64,000 nucleotides of DNA from Candidatus Multivorans sp. (GTDB lineage Bacteria > Acidobacteriota > Thermoanaerobaculia > Multivoradales > Multivoraceae): contig OZ245033.1 in NCBI GenBank assembly GCA_965224025.1, positions 4,832,001-4,896,000 of the forward strand, given 5' to 3'. Every line of letters begins with the position of its first letter. The stretch's first letter is position 1. This document shows positions 19,193 through 28,226 of this stretch, one piece after another. Position numbers and translations under genes: made by a program. Under the pieces are notes generated by a model. It saw only the letters and a program-made list of their open reading frames with translations. It was not told the origin of the DNA and did no database searches.

Positions 19193-20623
19193 TCACAGCG
19201 GCCGACCTTCCAAAGGCCCAGCCACAGGCACACACAGCCCCAAGCCGCGCTGCCTACCCCCACCGATCACGACAGGCCCCCTCACGGGCTCGGCGAACAG
19301 GAGCTCAACATGGGAGTACGGCAGCTTCGGCCGCGCGGCGCGGTTCACCTCCACCGGCGCGAGGTCGACGCCGCCCGGAACGAACGGCCCCCGCGCCACG
19401 CGTGCCGCAACCGGGTCTGGGAGTCCGGCATGCCTGCACCAGCGCGCGACCTCCCCAAGGTTGACAGGGCCACGCCGCTCATGGAGCGCAGGGAAGGCCG
19501 TCGCCCAACGACGGGCGCTCGCGCACCAACGCCCAGGGTTAGCGGCGGCCACACGGTCGATGGAATCGCGGGGAACTACCGCGACGTCGACGCCTGGACC
19601 AACCAGCCTGCGGATGGCGAGGACTGCATCGCGAGCTCGGCTGCTCTCTCGAGGCGGTGTCCCCGGCGGCAACCAGAGTGACAGGCCGTGGATTCGCCCG
19701 CGAGACCAGCGAAAGCCAACGTCCGGCAGGGCCAGAAACCGCGCCAGATCGTAGCCCCTCCTTCGGAAGCCATGACCATGCAGCACCGCAGGCGGCTCGC
19801 CGTACAGATCCTCGTACATGCTGAGCACAGCCGCCTTGAACAACTCTGTGATTGTTGTAATCCGGCGCCCCGGAACTGCCTGCGCCAAACGAAGCCACGC
19901 CACTACGACACCACTCTCGATCGCCGGCGCGAGGCAAGGTGAACGGTACATGACCTCATGGCGCAAGGCTGGAAACTGCGCGCGCCCAACTACCGGCCCC
20001 CGCTCCACCCAAGCCGCATACATCCGGTCAAGGAGCAGGAGATCCCCCGGTGCGGGAACCGTACTGACCAAGTCGCCCCCCGGGTCCGGCACATACGCAT
20101 CTTCAGCCGAAACGCCGGCCAAGGGGCCACGCACCATCCGTACCCGCACCGGTGAGTCGGCTCCGCCGAGATAACCGATGCGCGCTGCCCGGCGCCGAAG
20201 CCCCTCGAGAACGGCCGGCGCCGCTTCGGCGTCCCAGACAAAGACGACCTTCGGATTCCGAGGCGTCACCCGGACGCCGGGCCGCACCAGTGCGGCCTTG
20301 CGGCCGACGTACTCTTGGATCGTGTTCTTTGCAGCGGAGCCCTTGTGCTCAACGACGTAGCGGGCCTCCAGACTCTGGCGCCACAGTGAGGACTCGGGTG
20401 AAGCATGAACCGTCGGAGGCGGCAGCCGCTCAAGCCAAGCCAGTTCAGACCCATCGGTCACCCGGCATCGTTCCCCTGTGCCGTCGGCCGCCACAAACGC
20501 GGCGAAGAGGCGAAACGGTGCGGGAGGCCATTCCCCCCGATTCGTCAATCCGGTGTTCGCCACGCCCTCCGGGTCGCCCCGAAACGAGCCGTGGAGGAAC
20601 TCCACCGAGATGGCGAAGGTCAT
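19193..20623 (-). CDS. csb2: Type I-G Csb2 (Cas5/Cas6 fusion)
   Basis: EWPPAPFRLFAAFVA, LAWLERLPPP, YLGGADS, C-terminal F.EPVRGPVVIGGGRQRGLGL; ATGA overlap with csb1. Confidence 0.93.
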   Translation of the reverse strand: MTFAISVEFLHGSFRGDPEGVANTGLTNRGEWPPAPFRLFAAFVAADGTGERCRVTDGSELAWLERLPPPTVHASPESSLWRQSLEARYVVEHKGSAAKNTIQEYVGRKAALVRPGVRVTPRNPKVVFVWDAEAAPAVLEGLRRRAARIGYLGGADSPVRVRMVRGPLAGVSAEDAYVPDPGGDLVSTVPAPGDLLLLDRMYAAWVERGPVVGRAQFPALRHEVMYRSPCLAPAIESGVVVAWLRLAQAVPGRRITTITELFKAAVLSMYEDLYGEPPAVLHGHGFRRRGYDLARFLALPDVGFRWSRGRIHGLSLWLPPGTPPRESSRARDAVLAIRRLVGPGVDVAVVPRDSIDRVAAANPGRWCASARRWATAFPALHERRGPVNLGEVARWCRHAGLPDPVAARVARGPFVPGGVDLAPVEVNRAARPKLPYSHVELLFAEPVRGPVVIGGGRQRGLGLCVPVAGPLEGRPL

Positions 20624-21810
20624 CCGTCGAGGGCTGGCCATGTCGAGCGAATTGCCCTGCAGAGGTTGTCCTTGGGCGTCAGCACGACTTGAGGCTTGGC
20701 CCAACCATCCAGGGGCACGCCCGCGGACTCTGCGTGTCCAAGGGCGTCGTACAAGAGCGCTCCCGTCGTCTCGTGCCCGCCCAGTGCGAACTCCTCGTCC
20801 GCGTCAGCGCCGAGCCACTCGGCCTTGGTCTTCTTGGGCCGCAACTCAGCGCCCGAACGCAGCGCGAACCCTCGGCCAAACGCCAGTGTATGCGCGTGCA
20901 GACCCAAGGCAACAAGCAAAGCCCGCGCCGCCGCGTCCGCCGCGTCCGAGTGTTTGCGACCAAGGCTGACCCGCCTTAGCTGAGCGAACGACACCGTAGC
21001 CCTCTGGCTTACACGGGCGAACGAAACCGCCGCCGCCGCCGCGTCGTCTCCCATGAAGGGCACCTGTCCGTGACCCGTCTCCGAGAGCTTGTCCTTCTTT
21101 CCACCTTCCACTTTCTGGCCACCGATACCCCAGTCAAGCCGGTCTTCGGCATTCGACGAAATCGTCTCGTCCGTGTTGAGGTTCAGGGCATCGCCCTTCA
21201 ATCCGAACACCCTCGTATTCGTCGCTGCAGGCTTCCACCCGACGATCTCCGATACCCACGACCGGGCGTGCTTCGTGTTGTGACGCTTCTTGCCGAGGTG
21301 CGACTGCCAGAACCCATACAGCAACGCCTGCGGAAACCAGGCAATGAGCGGTCCACACGTCTGAGCGGTAGCGCCGAAGATCGCTCGCCCCAAGTCGGTC
21401 CTTATGAAATCGACGCCGTCCATCCTGGAGTCACGAAGGTAGGCGTCCGCGTTGCGATGCGGAAACTCCAGACTCGACAACTGGCGAGGCAGGTGCGAGG
21501 GAAGCTCACCGACCTCGGCAAAGTCCAACACGAACTCTGGTACGGCCACAGATTCCCGGTGACTCTTGAGAGCGGCTTCAAGACGATTCGCTTGCGACGG
21601 TACGTTGTCGATCACGATCACCTGGCTCGGTTCGGCATCCTCAGGCGAAGCCCAACGGCGATCCTCCTGGTACTTCCCGCCCTCGTACACGGCTGGTTTG
21701 ACCGACCCTCCAGGCCCCGACAAGGGCTCCAGGTCAGTGTCGATGCGGATCCCGTCTTCTGACGAGTCAGTTGCGACGCCGGCAAGTAGGTGTTCAAGGT
21801 CAAGTTGCAT
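20620..21810 (-). CDS. csb1: Type I-G Csb1 (Cas7 backbone)
   Basis: VKPAVY, IDNVPSQANRLE, FPHRNADAYLR, ALLYGFWQS, GHGQVP, LRSGAEL; GAGGA RBS. Confidence 0.93.
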   Translation of the reverse strand: MQLDLEHLLAGVATDSSEDGIRIDTDLEPLSGPGGSVKPAVYEGGKYQEDRRWASPEDAEPSQVIVIDNVPSQANRLEAALKSHRESVAVPEFVLDFAEVGELPSHLPRQLSSLEFPHRNADAYLRDSRMDGVDFIRTDLGRAIFGATAQTCGPLIAWFPQALLYGFWQSHLGKKRHNTKHARSWVSEIVGWKPAATNTRVFGLKGDALNLNTDETISSNAEDRLDWGIGGQKVEGGKKDKLSETGHGQVPFMGDDAAAAAVSFARVSQRATVSFAQLRRVSLGRKHSDAADAAARALLVALGLHAHTLAFGRGFALRSGAELRPKKTKAEWLGADADEEFALGGHETTGALLYDALGHAESAGVPLDGWAKPQVVLTPKDNLCRAIRSTWPALDG

Positions 21811-21845
21811 GGTCAAATCCTCAGTGAAGTCGATTGGAGCGGCAC

Positions 21846-21955
21846 CGCCCAACAAGGCCCCGGCGTCGAGCCGAGGGCCTGGACTGCGTTCAGTGCCGAT
21901 CAACTCAGGCCATACCGGTCCAAGAACGACGGCCTTCCCGACATGGCGGCAACGA
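21846..21955 (-). ncRNA. Candidate crRNA-like element: two degenerate I-G repeats (21920-21955, 21846-21884) flanking a 35-nt spacer
   Basis: Minus strand ...GGCCTT-GTTGGGCG and GTTGCCG...GGCCGTCGTT versus repeat GTCGCCG...GGCCTTCGTTGAGCG; 35-nt spacing. Confidence 0.5.
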
Positions 21956-21987
21956 ACGTAACAGACGGCTGTCTCAAGACCTGACAC
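21955..21987 (-). promoter_or_regulatory. Putative cas promoter (extended -10 TGTTACGTT) with inverted-repeat operator GTGTCA-N5-TGAGAC
   Basis: Imperfect palindrome 21971-21987 between the WYL gene and csb1, just upstream of a TGn-TACGTT element. Confidence 0.45.
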
Positions 21988-22009
21988 TCCGCCCAGTCGG
22001 CAGGTTCGC

Positions 22010-22984
22010 TTACCGGTTCCACCGGTACTGAGCTGCAGCCCGCTCCAGCCGTTCCCGCACCAAGTCCACCAACTCCGGCGGTTCCAGCACCTCGACATCC
22101 GGTCCGTAGCGGAGGATCTCGCCCAACAGCTCCTCGGTTTCCGAGTACGGCACCGCCAACTCGAGGCGCCCGTCGGGAAGGCGCTTCGTCTCCTGCTGTC
22201 CGTGCCAGCGCTCGTCCGCGACCCATCGGGCCCGTTCCGGCTGGAAACGAAGCCGCGCCTGCCCTCGGGCCGGGCCGCTGAACAGGCCGTAGCCGGCCCG
22301 GAAGATCTCGTTCAGTTCCTTCGTCGGCACCTCGCGGGCCGGTCGGGCGAGGACCTCGGCACAAGTGATCCGGTCAAGCGCGAAGGTCCGCAGGGACTGT
22401 CGATCCTCGTCCCAGCAATCGAGGTACCACTGGTCGCGGTAATACACGAGCCGCTGGGGCGACGCGGCCCGCCGGGCCGTGTCGCCGGTCGAGCGGGCCT
22501 CGTAGGTGAACGCGAGTTGGCGGCGTTCAACCACAGCGGTCGCCGCGGTCTCGAACACGCGCGCCCCCACGTCCCTCCCATGCGCACGCAGGATCCGAAA
22601 CCGGTGTGCCGGGAATCGCTCGCCGCCGCGGCGGCCGCGATCGAGGATCGCTCGGAAGCGGCTTCGGAGCGGGGCAATGAGGCCCTCCAGCAGACCCGGC
22701 TGGACCCGACTCAGAAGCTCGTCCATCACGAGCAGCGCCTCGAGCTCGTCCCTCCGGAACCAAAGGCCCGGCAACTCGAACCGGCCCGCATCTCGGTCGT
22801 AGGACCAGCCTTGGCCGGGTGCGTTCACGATCGGCGCTCCAAGATGGTCGCGCAGCATGCCGATGGTCCGGAACAAGGTCGAGCGGGAGCATTCGAGCTC
22901 CGCCAGCAGCTCGTTGGCCGACGCGGGATGCCGCCGGGAGTCCAGCGCCCGGTGCAACGCGACCATGCGCTCCATCCGGTTCAT
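22010..22984 (-). CDS. HTH-WYL-WCX transcriptional regulator (YafY/PafBC-like)
   Basis: LECSRSTLFRTI..LRD HTH, R.ASPQRLVYYRDQWYLDCW...LRTFALDRI, ILRYGPDVEVLEPPEL. Confidence 0.93.
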   Translation of the reverse strand: MNRMERMVALHRALDSRRHPASANELLAELECSRSTLFRTIGMLRDHLGAPIVNAPGQGWSYDRDAGRFELPGLWFRRDELEALLVMDELLSRVQPGLLEGLIAPLRSRFRAILDRGRRGGERFPAHRFRILRAHGRDVGARVFETAATAVVERRQLAFTYEARSTGDTARRAASPQRLVYYRDQWYLDCWDEDRQSLRTFALDRITCAEVLARPAREVPTKELNEIFRAGYGLFSGPARGQARLRFQPERARWVADERWHGQQETKRLPDGRLELAVPYSETEELLGEILRYGPDVEVLEPPELVDLVRERLERAAAQYRWNR

Positions 22985-23024
22985 GATCCGATCCCCGCCG
23001 GCCTCGGCCGGCTCAAGCCCCCAG

Positions 23025-24605
23025 TCACATCCCCCAGACCGTGACCACGACGTCAGCAGCCGCTTCCTCGCGCCGGAAGATCTTCTCCCGCCACGGCCGA
23101 TCCTCCGAGCGGTCGAAGACCACGAGATGCCCTTCCGCCGCCGCACATCGGTCCATGTACGCCGCGGTCTGTTCGAGACCTTCGCTGACCGTGCGGTCCA
23201 GGCTCTTGCGCAGAATCTTGCACTCGATCACGAACCTCTGCGTCCCGTCTGCTTGACGCCATACGACGAGGAGGTCGGTGCGGCCCCGGCCCAGACCGTA
23301 TTTCCGTTCGATGCGGCCGCCGCCGTTCATGCTCCGCTGCAGGAACGCCTGCAGCAGGAGTTGGGGGCCGGCTTCCCGGTAGTCGAATCGCGGAATCCAA
23401 TGCTCGGAATGCTCGCGGAAGAACTCCTGGAAGGCCGACAGTAACCGTGGGAGATCAAGGCCGCCGTCCTCGTCGACATACCAAGCCGCGTCCTGCACCA
23501 GACCTTCCTGTGCGGCCAACGTCAACTCGCGCGGAACGACTTCGGCGTAGATCGGATTCGCTATCCGCATGGGCCCATCTCGCGCGATCAGGCCCAGGTC
23601 GCGGACGTACTCGATGTCGCGCGCCGAGAAGTCACGCTCGTCGCCGCCGCTGAGCAGCGGCCCGACCACCCGCCGCACCCGCTCTTCCTGGAGCTTGTCG
23701 GCAAGCTGGTCCAGGTGGGTCTCGCGGCTCACGATGAGTTCTTCCTGCGATTCCAGGATGCTCTCCGCCGTGACCGGGAAGGCGCCGTAGCAGCCTTGGT
23801 CGTCACGGGGACACGCCCGGTAGGCAAGGGCGTTAACGAGCCAGGGCTGCCCCTTGGTCTGCCGCCAGATTGTCTCTATCGCTTCGGCCGTGAACTCCTG
23901 CCCGGTCTCGTTCGTGTGCTGGGCCAGCAGAGTGCACACCTCGTCTTCGGTGAAGTCACCGAGGGTGAGCGATTCGGCCTTGATGTTGAACGCGCTGCCG
24001 CCGGTGATGATCTCCTTCTGGGAGCTCGAGTGGATGCGATAGTCGCGCACGTCGCGAACGCCGCAGAGGACGACGCTGTGAGCGAAGTGCGCCGGCCTGT
24101 GTGAATAGCCGGCCCGCAACTGGCGCAACAGGGAGATCAGCGTGTCGCCGACCAGAGAGTCGACTTCGTCGAGGAGCAGGACGAGCGGCCTGGAGTCGGC
24201 CTCGCACCAGCGGGTCAGAGTGGCGCCCAACGCGCCGTGGGGACCCGCACTGTCCAGCGCCTCGGGCCAGAGGACCGCGAGCGATTCGTCGCCCAACGTG
24301 ATCCGCGCCACCTTCGCCAACTCGTCGAGGATGGCGCGCATCGCCTTCTCCGTGTCCTCGCGCGCTCCCTGACCCGCTTCAACGTTGACGTAGACGCAAC
24401 GGAAGTCGCCGTGTTCGCCTCGGTTCAGGAGATCCCGCAGCGCAAGAAGCGCGGTCGTCTTGCCCGTCTGGCGCGGCGCGTGCAGCACGAAGTACCGCTT
24501 GTCCCGGACAAGGGTCAGCACATGGCCGAGCCGCAGCCGCTCCAGAGGCGGCACGTAGTAGTGGTCCGCCGGAACGATGGGTCCAGTGGTGTTGAAGAAC
24601 CGCAT
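23025..24605 (-). CDS. AAA-like ATPase with C-terminal PD-(D/E)XK nuclease-like domain
   Basis: MRFFNTTGP, HAPRQTGKTT, LLLDEVD, GQPWLVN, GRTDLLV...VIECK. Confidence 0.85.
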   Translation of the reverse strand: MRFFNTTGPIVPADHYYVPPLERLRLGHVLTLVRDKRYFVLHAPRQTGKTTALLALRDLLNRGEHGDFRCVYVNVEAGQGAREDTEKAMRAILDELAKVARITLGDESLAVLWPEALDSAGPHGALGATLTRWCEADSRPLVLLLDEVDSLVGDTLISLLRQLRAGYSHRPAHFAHSVVLCGVRDVRDYRIHSSSQKEIITGGSAFNIKAESLTLGDFTEDEVCTLLAQHTNETGQEFTAEAIETIWRQTKGQPWLVNALAYRACPRDDQGCYGAFPVTAESILESQEELIVSRETHLDQLADKLQEERVRRVVGPLLSGGDERDFSARDIEYVRDLGLIARDGPMRIANPIYAEVVPRELTLAAQEGLVQDAAWYVDEDGGLDLPRLLSAFQEFFREHSEHWIPRFDYREAGPQLLLQAFLQRSMNGGGRIERKYGLGRGRTDLLVVWRQADGTQRFVIECKILRKSLDRTVSEGLEQTAAYMDRCAAAEGHLVVFDRSEDRPWREKIFRREEAAADVVVTVWGM

Positions 24606-24676
24606 CTCTGGAGTATCGCACTCCGGCCCAGCGCCTGCTTCCTCAGGAACTGGGCCGCGAGCCGTGAACCGCTCAG

Positions 24677-24943
24677 TCAGCGTCGCGCAGGGGCGGAGGC
24701 AGAGCCGGATGCGGGCGAGACGCCCGCGTTCCCAGGGTTCGCTCTGGCGGGAGGCCGCAATCCGGTTCCGAGAGCGCCGAACCACAGCTTGAACATCTCC
24801 TGCGGATCGGCGTACTTCAGGTTGGCGGCCGCGCGGTCGCGGAACTTCTCCAGCATCTCGTTCTGGATCCCCGCCAGATCGGGAAGGCCGAGAAAGGCGC
24901 GCGCCTCTTCGGGCGTGCAGTCGATGTCCAGTTTGATCTTCAC
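24677..24943 (-). CDS. DUF6489-like small protein (3' end runs into REP)
   Basis: KIKLDIDCTPEEARAFLGLPDL signature; GTG start. Confidence 0.7.
   Translation of the reverse strand: MKIKLDIDCTPEEARAFLGLPDLAGIQNEMLEKFRDRAAANLKYADPQEMFKLWFGALGTGLRPPARANPGNAGVSPASGSASAPARR
24707..24736 (-). repeat. REP-like palindrome copy
   Basis: GGATGCGGGCGAGACGCCCGCGTTCCCAGG, reverse complement of the 36451 and 38096 copies. Confidence 0.85.
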
Positions 24944-25013
24944 GGAATCTCCTTCGAAACGGTCTTGCGGTCCTCGTCGTAGGATCACTCTTCATCCACG
25001 GAGGCTTCGACCC

Positions 25014-26807
25014 ATGATGCTACTGACTCGTAGCGCTCGCAACATCCCCGCTCTCTCACTCGCCGTCTTGACGACGTTCGGCGCCGCCCTCTACGCCCAG
25101 TCCCCGGCAACGGTGATCCAGGGCGCCCGCGTGTTCACCGGCGACGAGGTGCTCGATACCGCCACCGTCGTGATCCGAGGCCGCACGATCGAGTCGGTCA
25201 CGCCGGGCGCCAACATTCCGGCAACCGCCGGCGACGACGCCGATGTCGTCGACGCTCAGGGCATGACCCTCCTGCCCGGGCTGATCGACAGCCACACCCA
25301 CAACTTCGGTCCGTCCCTCCAGCAGGCGCTCAACTTCGGCGTCACGACCGTCCTCGACATGCTCACCGACGCCAACATCGCGCGACAGTGGCGCCGGCAG
25401 CAGGCCGCCGGCAGCGCCTCCAACCGAGCCGATGTCTTCGCCGGCGGCGGCGTGACGGTCGACGGCGGTCACGGCACGCAGTTCGGGGTCTCGCTGCCGA
25501 CGCTGGACGATCCCGAGCAGACCGAGGCCTTCATCGCCGATCGTGCGGCCGAGGGAGCGGACTTCATCAAGGTGATCTACGAGGCGGGCGAGTCGGTCGG
25601 CCGGCCCATCGCGACGCACGCCGCCTCGACCCTGCCGCGGATCGTGGCCGCCGCGCACAGCCACGGTCTGCTGGCCGTCTTCCACATCAGCACAGCGAAG
25701 AGCGCCCGGGAGGCGATCGCCGCCGGCGCTGACGGACTGGTGCACGTTTTCTACGATCCCTCGGGAATGGACGAAGCGGTCCAGGCCGTCCGCGACGCCC
25801 GAGCTTTCGTCGTTCCTACCCTGGCCGTCATCGAGTCCGTGGCGGGCAGTGGCGGCGGCAGCGAGCTGGCGGCCGATCCACTGATCGCCCCCTTTCTCAT
25901 GCCCGACCAGCGTGGCAACCTGGACCGCGACTTCGGCCGTGAACTTCCCGAGTACCTGGAGCACGCGATCCGGAACACCCGCGCCCTCCACGAGGCCGGC
26001 GTGCCGCTCCTGGCAGGCGCCGACGCACCGAACCCGGGAACGACCCACGGCGCCAGCGTTCACCGGGAACTCGAACTGCTGGTCCGGGCCGGTCTGACCC
26101 ATGTCGAAGCCCTGCACGCCGCCACCGCCGCCCCGGCGGACGCCTTCGATCTGAACGACCGGGGCCGGATCGCGGCGGGCCTCAAGGCAGACCTGATCCT
26201 CGCCCGGGGCAATGCGACCGCCGACGTTCGCGCCGCCCGCGACATCGAGGCGATCTGGAAAGACGGGGTGGCCGTCGAGCGCTCGCTGGCGCCCGACGTG
26301 ACGGGACGGCAACCGGTGGACCCCCGGCTCGTGACCAACTTCGAGGGTCTGTCCGGCAAGGCCCTGCCCCGAGGCTGGATGCACTCCACCGACGCGATGA
26401 GGGGCGGCAAGTCGAGCGTCGAAACGACGATCACGCAGCGCGGCGACGGCAACGCCCTTCGCCTCGACGGCGAAATCGCCCAGGGCTTCCCCTTCCCCTG
26501 GTCCGGCGTCATGTTCTCGCTCGGCGCCGTGTTCATGCAGCCCGTCGACGCCAGCGGCATCGGCGCCCTGGCCTTCGATGCCCGCGGTGGGAGCGGGACG
26601 TACCAGGCGATGGCTTTCGGCGAGAGCCTGGGAATGCAGCCGGCGGCCGTGTCTTTCGAGGTCGGCGAAGAATGGACCCGGATCGAGATCCCGCTCGCCT
26701 CCTTCGCGGGTCTGGACCCCACCGGCGCCTCGGCCTTCTTCGTCGGCGGCCCAACCGAACATGGGATCTTCTGGCTGGAAGTCGACAACGTCGAGTTGGT
26801 GGAGTAG
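25014..26807 (+). CDS. Secreted amidohydrolase with C-terminal CIA30/CBM-like domain
   Basis: Signal peptide, LLPGLIDSHTH, GADFIK, LLAGADA, GRIAAGLKADL; C-terminal STDAMRGGKS...WTRIEIPLASF...EVDNV. Confidence 0.85.
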   Translation: MMLLTRSARNIPALSLAVLTTFGAALYAQSPATVIQGARVFTGDEVLDTATVVIRGRTIESVTPGANIPATAGDDADVVDAQGMTLLPGLIDSHTHNFGPSLQQALNFGVTTVLDMLTDANIARQWRRQQAAGSASNRADVFAGGGVTVDGGHGTQFGVSLPTLDDPEQTEAFIADRAAEGADFIKVIYEAGESVGRPIATHAASTLPRIVAAAHSHGLLAVFHISTAKSAREAIAAGADGLVHVFYDPSGMDEAVQAVRDARAFVVPTLAVIESVAGSGGGSELAADPLIAPFLMPDQRGNLDRDFGRELPEYLEHAIRNTRALHEAGVPLLAGADAPNPGTTHGASVHRELELLVRAGLTHVEALHAATAAPADAFDLNDRGRIAAGLKADLILARGNATADVRAARDIEAIWKDGVAVERSLAPDVTGRQPVDPRLVTNFEGLSGKALPRGWMHSTDAMRGGKSSVETTITQRGDGNALRLDGEIAQGFPFPWSGVMFSLGAVFMQPVDASGIGALAFDARGGSGTYQAMAFGESLGMQPAAVSFEVGEEWTRIEIPLASFAGLDPTGASAFFVGGPTEHGIFWLEVDNVELVE

Positions 26808-26839
26808 CGGTCGGCACTGACGAAGCGGGCCAGCGGACC

Positions 26840-26940
26840 GGATGCGGGCAGGATGCCCTCGTGCCATCCGTGCACCCGATGACGGGCGCCCGGAGTGGTT
26901 CGCGTGCGGCGCGAGGTCGCGCCACACGGGTTCCCAGGGC
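26840..26940. repeat. Composite intergenic repeat (REP plus two hairpins)
   Basis: REP variant followed by CCATCCGTGCACCCGATGACGGGCGCCCGGA...GGTCGCGCCACACGGGTTC, homologous to 31777-31845. Confidence 0.75.
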
Positions 26941-26968
26941 CGCAGCCTGCTGCGGCTACAATCGCCGA

Positions 26969-28189
26969 ATGTCTGAAGAGCGCACGCAGGAGCCACGCCC
27001 GAACGGTCCGCTTCACGGCATCCGCGTCCTCGACTTCACCAGCTTCATCGCCGGTTCCTACGGCGCCATGCTGCTCGGCGACATGGGCGCCGACATCCTG
27101 AAGATCGAATCGCTCAACGGCGACAATGCACGCCACTGGGGGCCCTTCATCGAGGGCGAGAGCCGGTCGTTCCAGGCCTGGAACCGGAACAAGCGCGGCA
27201 TCGCGGTCGATCTGAAGACCGCGGAAGGCAGGCAGGTGGTCTACGACCTGACCCGGGAAGCCGACGTGGCGATGGAGAACTTCCGGCCCGGAGTGGCGGC
27301 CAGGCTGGGCATCGACTACGACTCGTTGAGCAGCCACAACCCGGCGCTGATCTACGCCTCGTCCAGCGCCTTCGGCGGCAGCGGACCGTACACCCAGCGC
27401 CCGGGGTACGACCCGGTGCTGCAGTCGATGGCCGGCGCCGCGCACATGCAGCAACGGATGAACGGCGTCGCCGGCATCTGTCCGGTGGCGGTCTCGGACT
27501 ACATGGCCGCCGTGCTCGCGGTCGGCTCGATCAACGCCGCGCTCCTCCACCGCGAGCGCACCGGCGAAGGCCAGTTCATCGAGACCTCGCTGCTGCAGGC
27601 GATCATGGCCGCGCTGGCTCAGTTCTACATCCAGCCACTCGATGCCAAGGTCAGTGGACCGCCGGGGATCTTCCCGTACCGCATGTTCGCCGCCGCCGAC
27701 GGCCCCATCTTCATCGCCGCCGGAACGGACAAGTTCTGGCGCCTGTTGTGCGGCGCGATCGGCCGTGACGACCTCGGCAACGATCCGCGCTACGAAACGA
27801 ACCCGCAACGGGTCGGCAACGCCGCCAAACTGAGCGCGGAGATCGATCCGATCATCGCCTCGAGGCCGGCGCGCGAGTTGGAAGCGGACCTCATCGAGGT
27901 CGGCGTTCCATGCGCCGCGGTCCGGTCGGCCGACGAGTTCTTCGACGATCCCCAGGTCGAGGCGATGGCCATGAGTCAGGTCATCCAACACCCGAAGATC
28001 GGCAACCTGCGGATGGCGGGCGTGCCGTGGCGCTTCTCCCGCACTCCCGCATCCATCCGGAGACCCGCCCCGCGCCTGGGCGAACACACCGGCGAAGTGC
28101 TTGCCGAACTGGGTTACGACACCGAGCGAATCGCCTCGCTAGAGGCCTCCGGCGCCGTGCGGCGCGCAGACGAAACGAACGGCGGCTGA
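26969..28189 (+). CDS. CoA-transferase family III (CaiB/BaiF)
   Basis: PLHGIRVLDFT, LGDMGADILKIE, NRNKRGI, ENFRPG, PGYD, APRLGEHT. Confidence 0.93.
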   Translation: MSEERTQEPRPNGPLHGIRVLDFTSFIAGSYGAMLLGDMGADILKIESLNGDNARHWGPFIEGESRSFQAWNRNKRGIAVDLKTAEGRQVVYDLTREADVAMENFRPGVAARLGIDYDSLSSHNPALIYASSSAFGGSGPYTQRPGYDPVLQSMAGAAHMQQRMNGVAGICPVAVSDYMAAVLAVGSINAALLHRERTGEGQFIETSLLQAIMAALAQFYIQPLDAKVSGPPGIFPYRMFAAADGPIFIAAGTDKFWRLLCGAIGRDDLGNDPRYETNPQRVGNAAKLSAEIDPIIASRPARELEADLIEVGVPCAAVRSADEFFDDPQVEAMAMSQVIQHPKIGNLRMAGVPWRFSRTPASIRRPAPRLGEHTGEVLAELGYDTERIASLEASGAVRRADETNGG

Positions 28190-28226
28190 TGGCGGTCTCC
28201 GGCGCCTCCGCCGATCCGGCAGCGGC

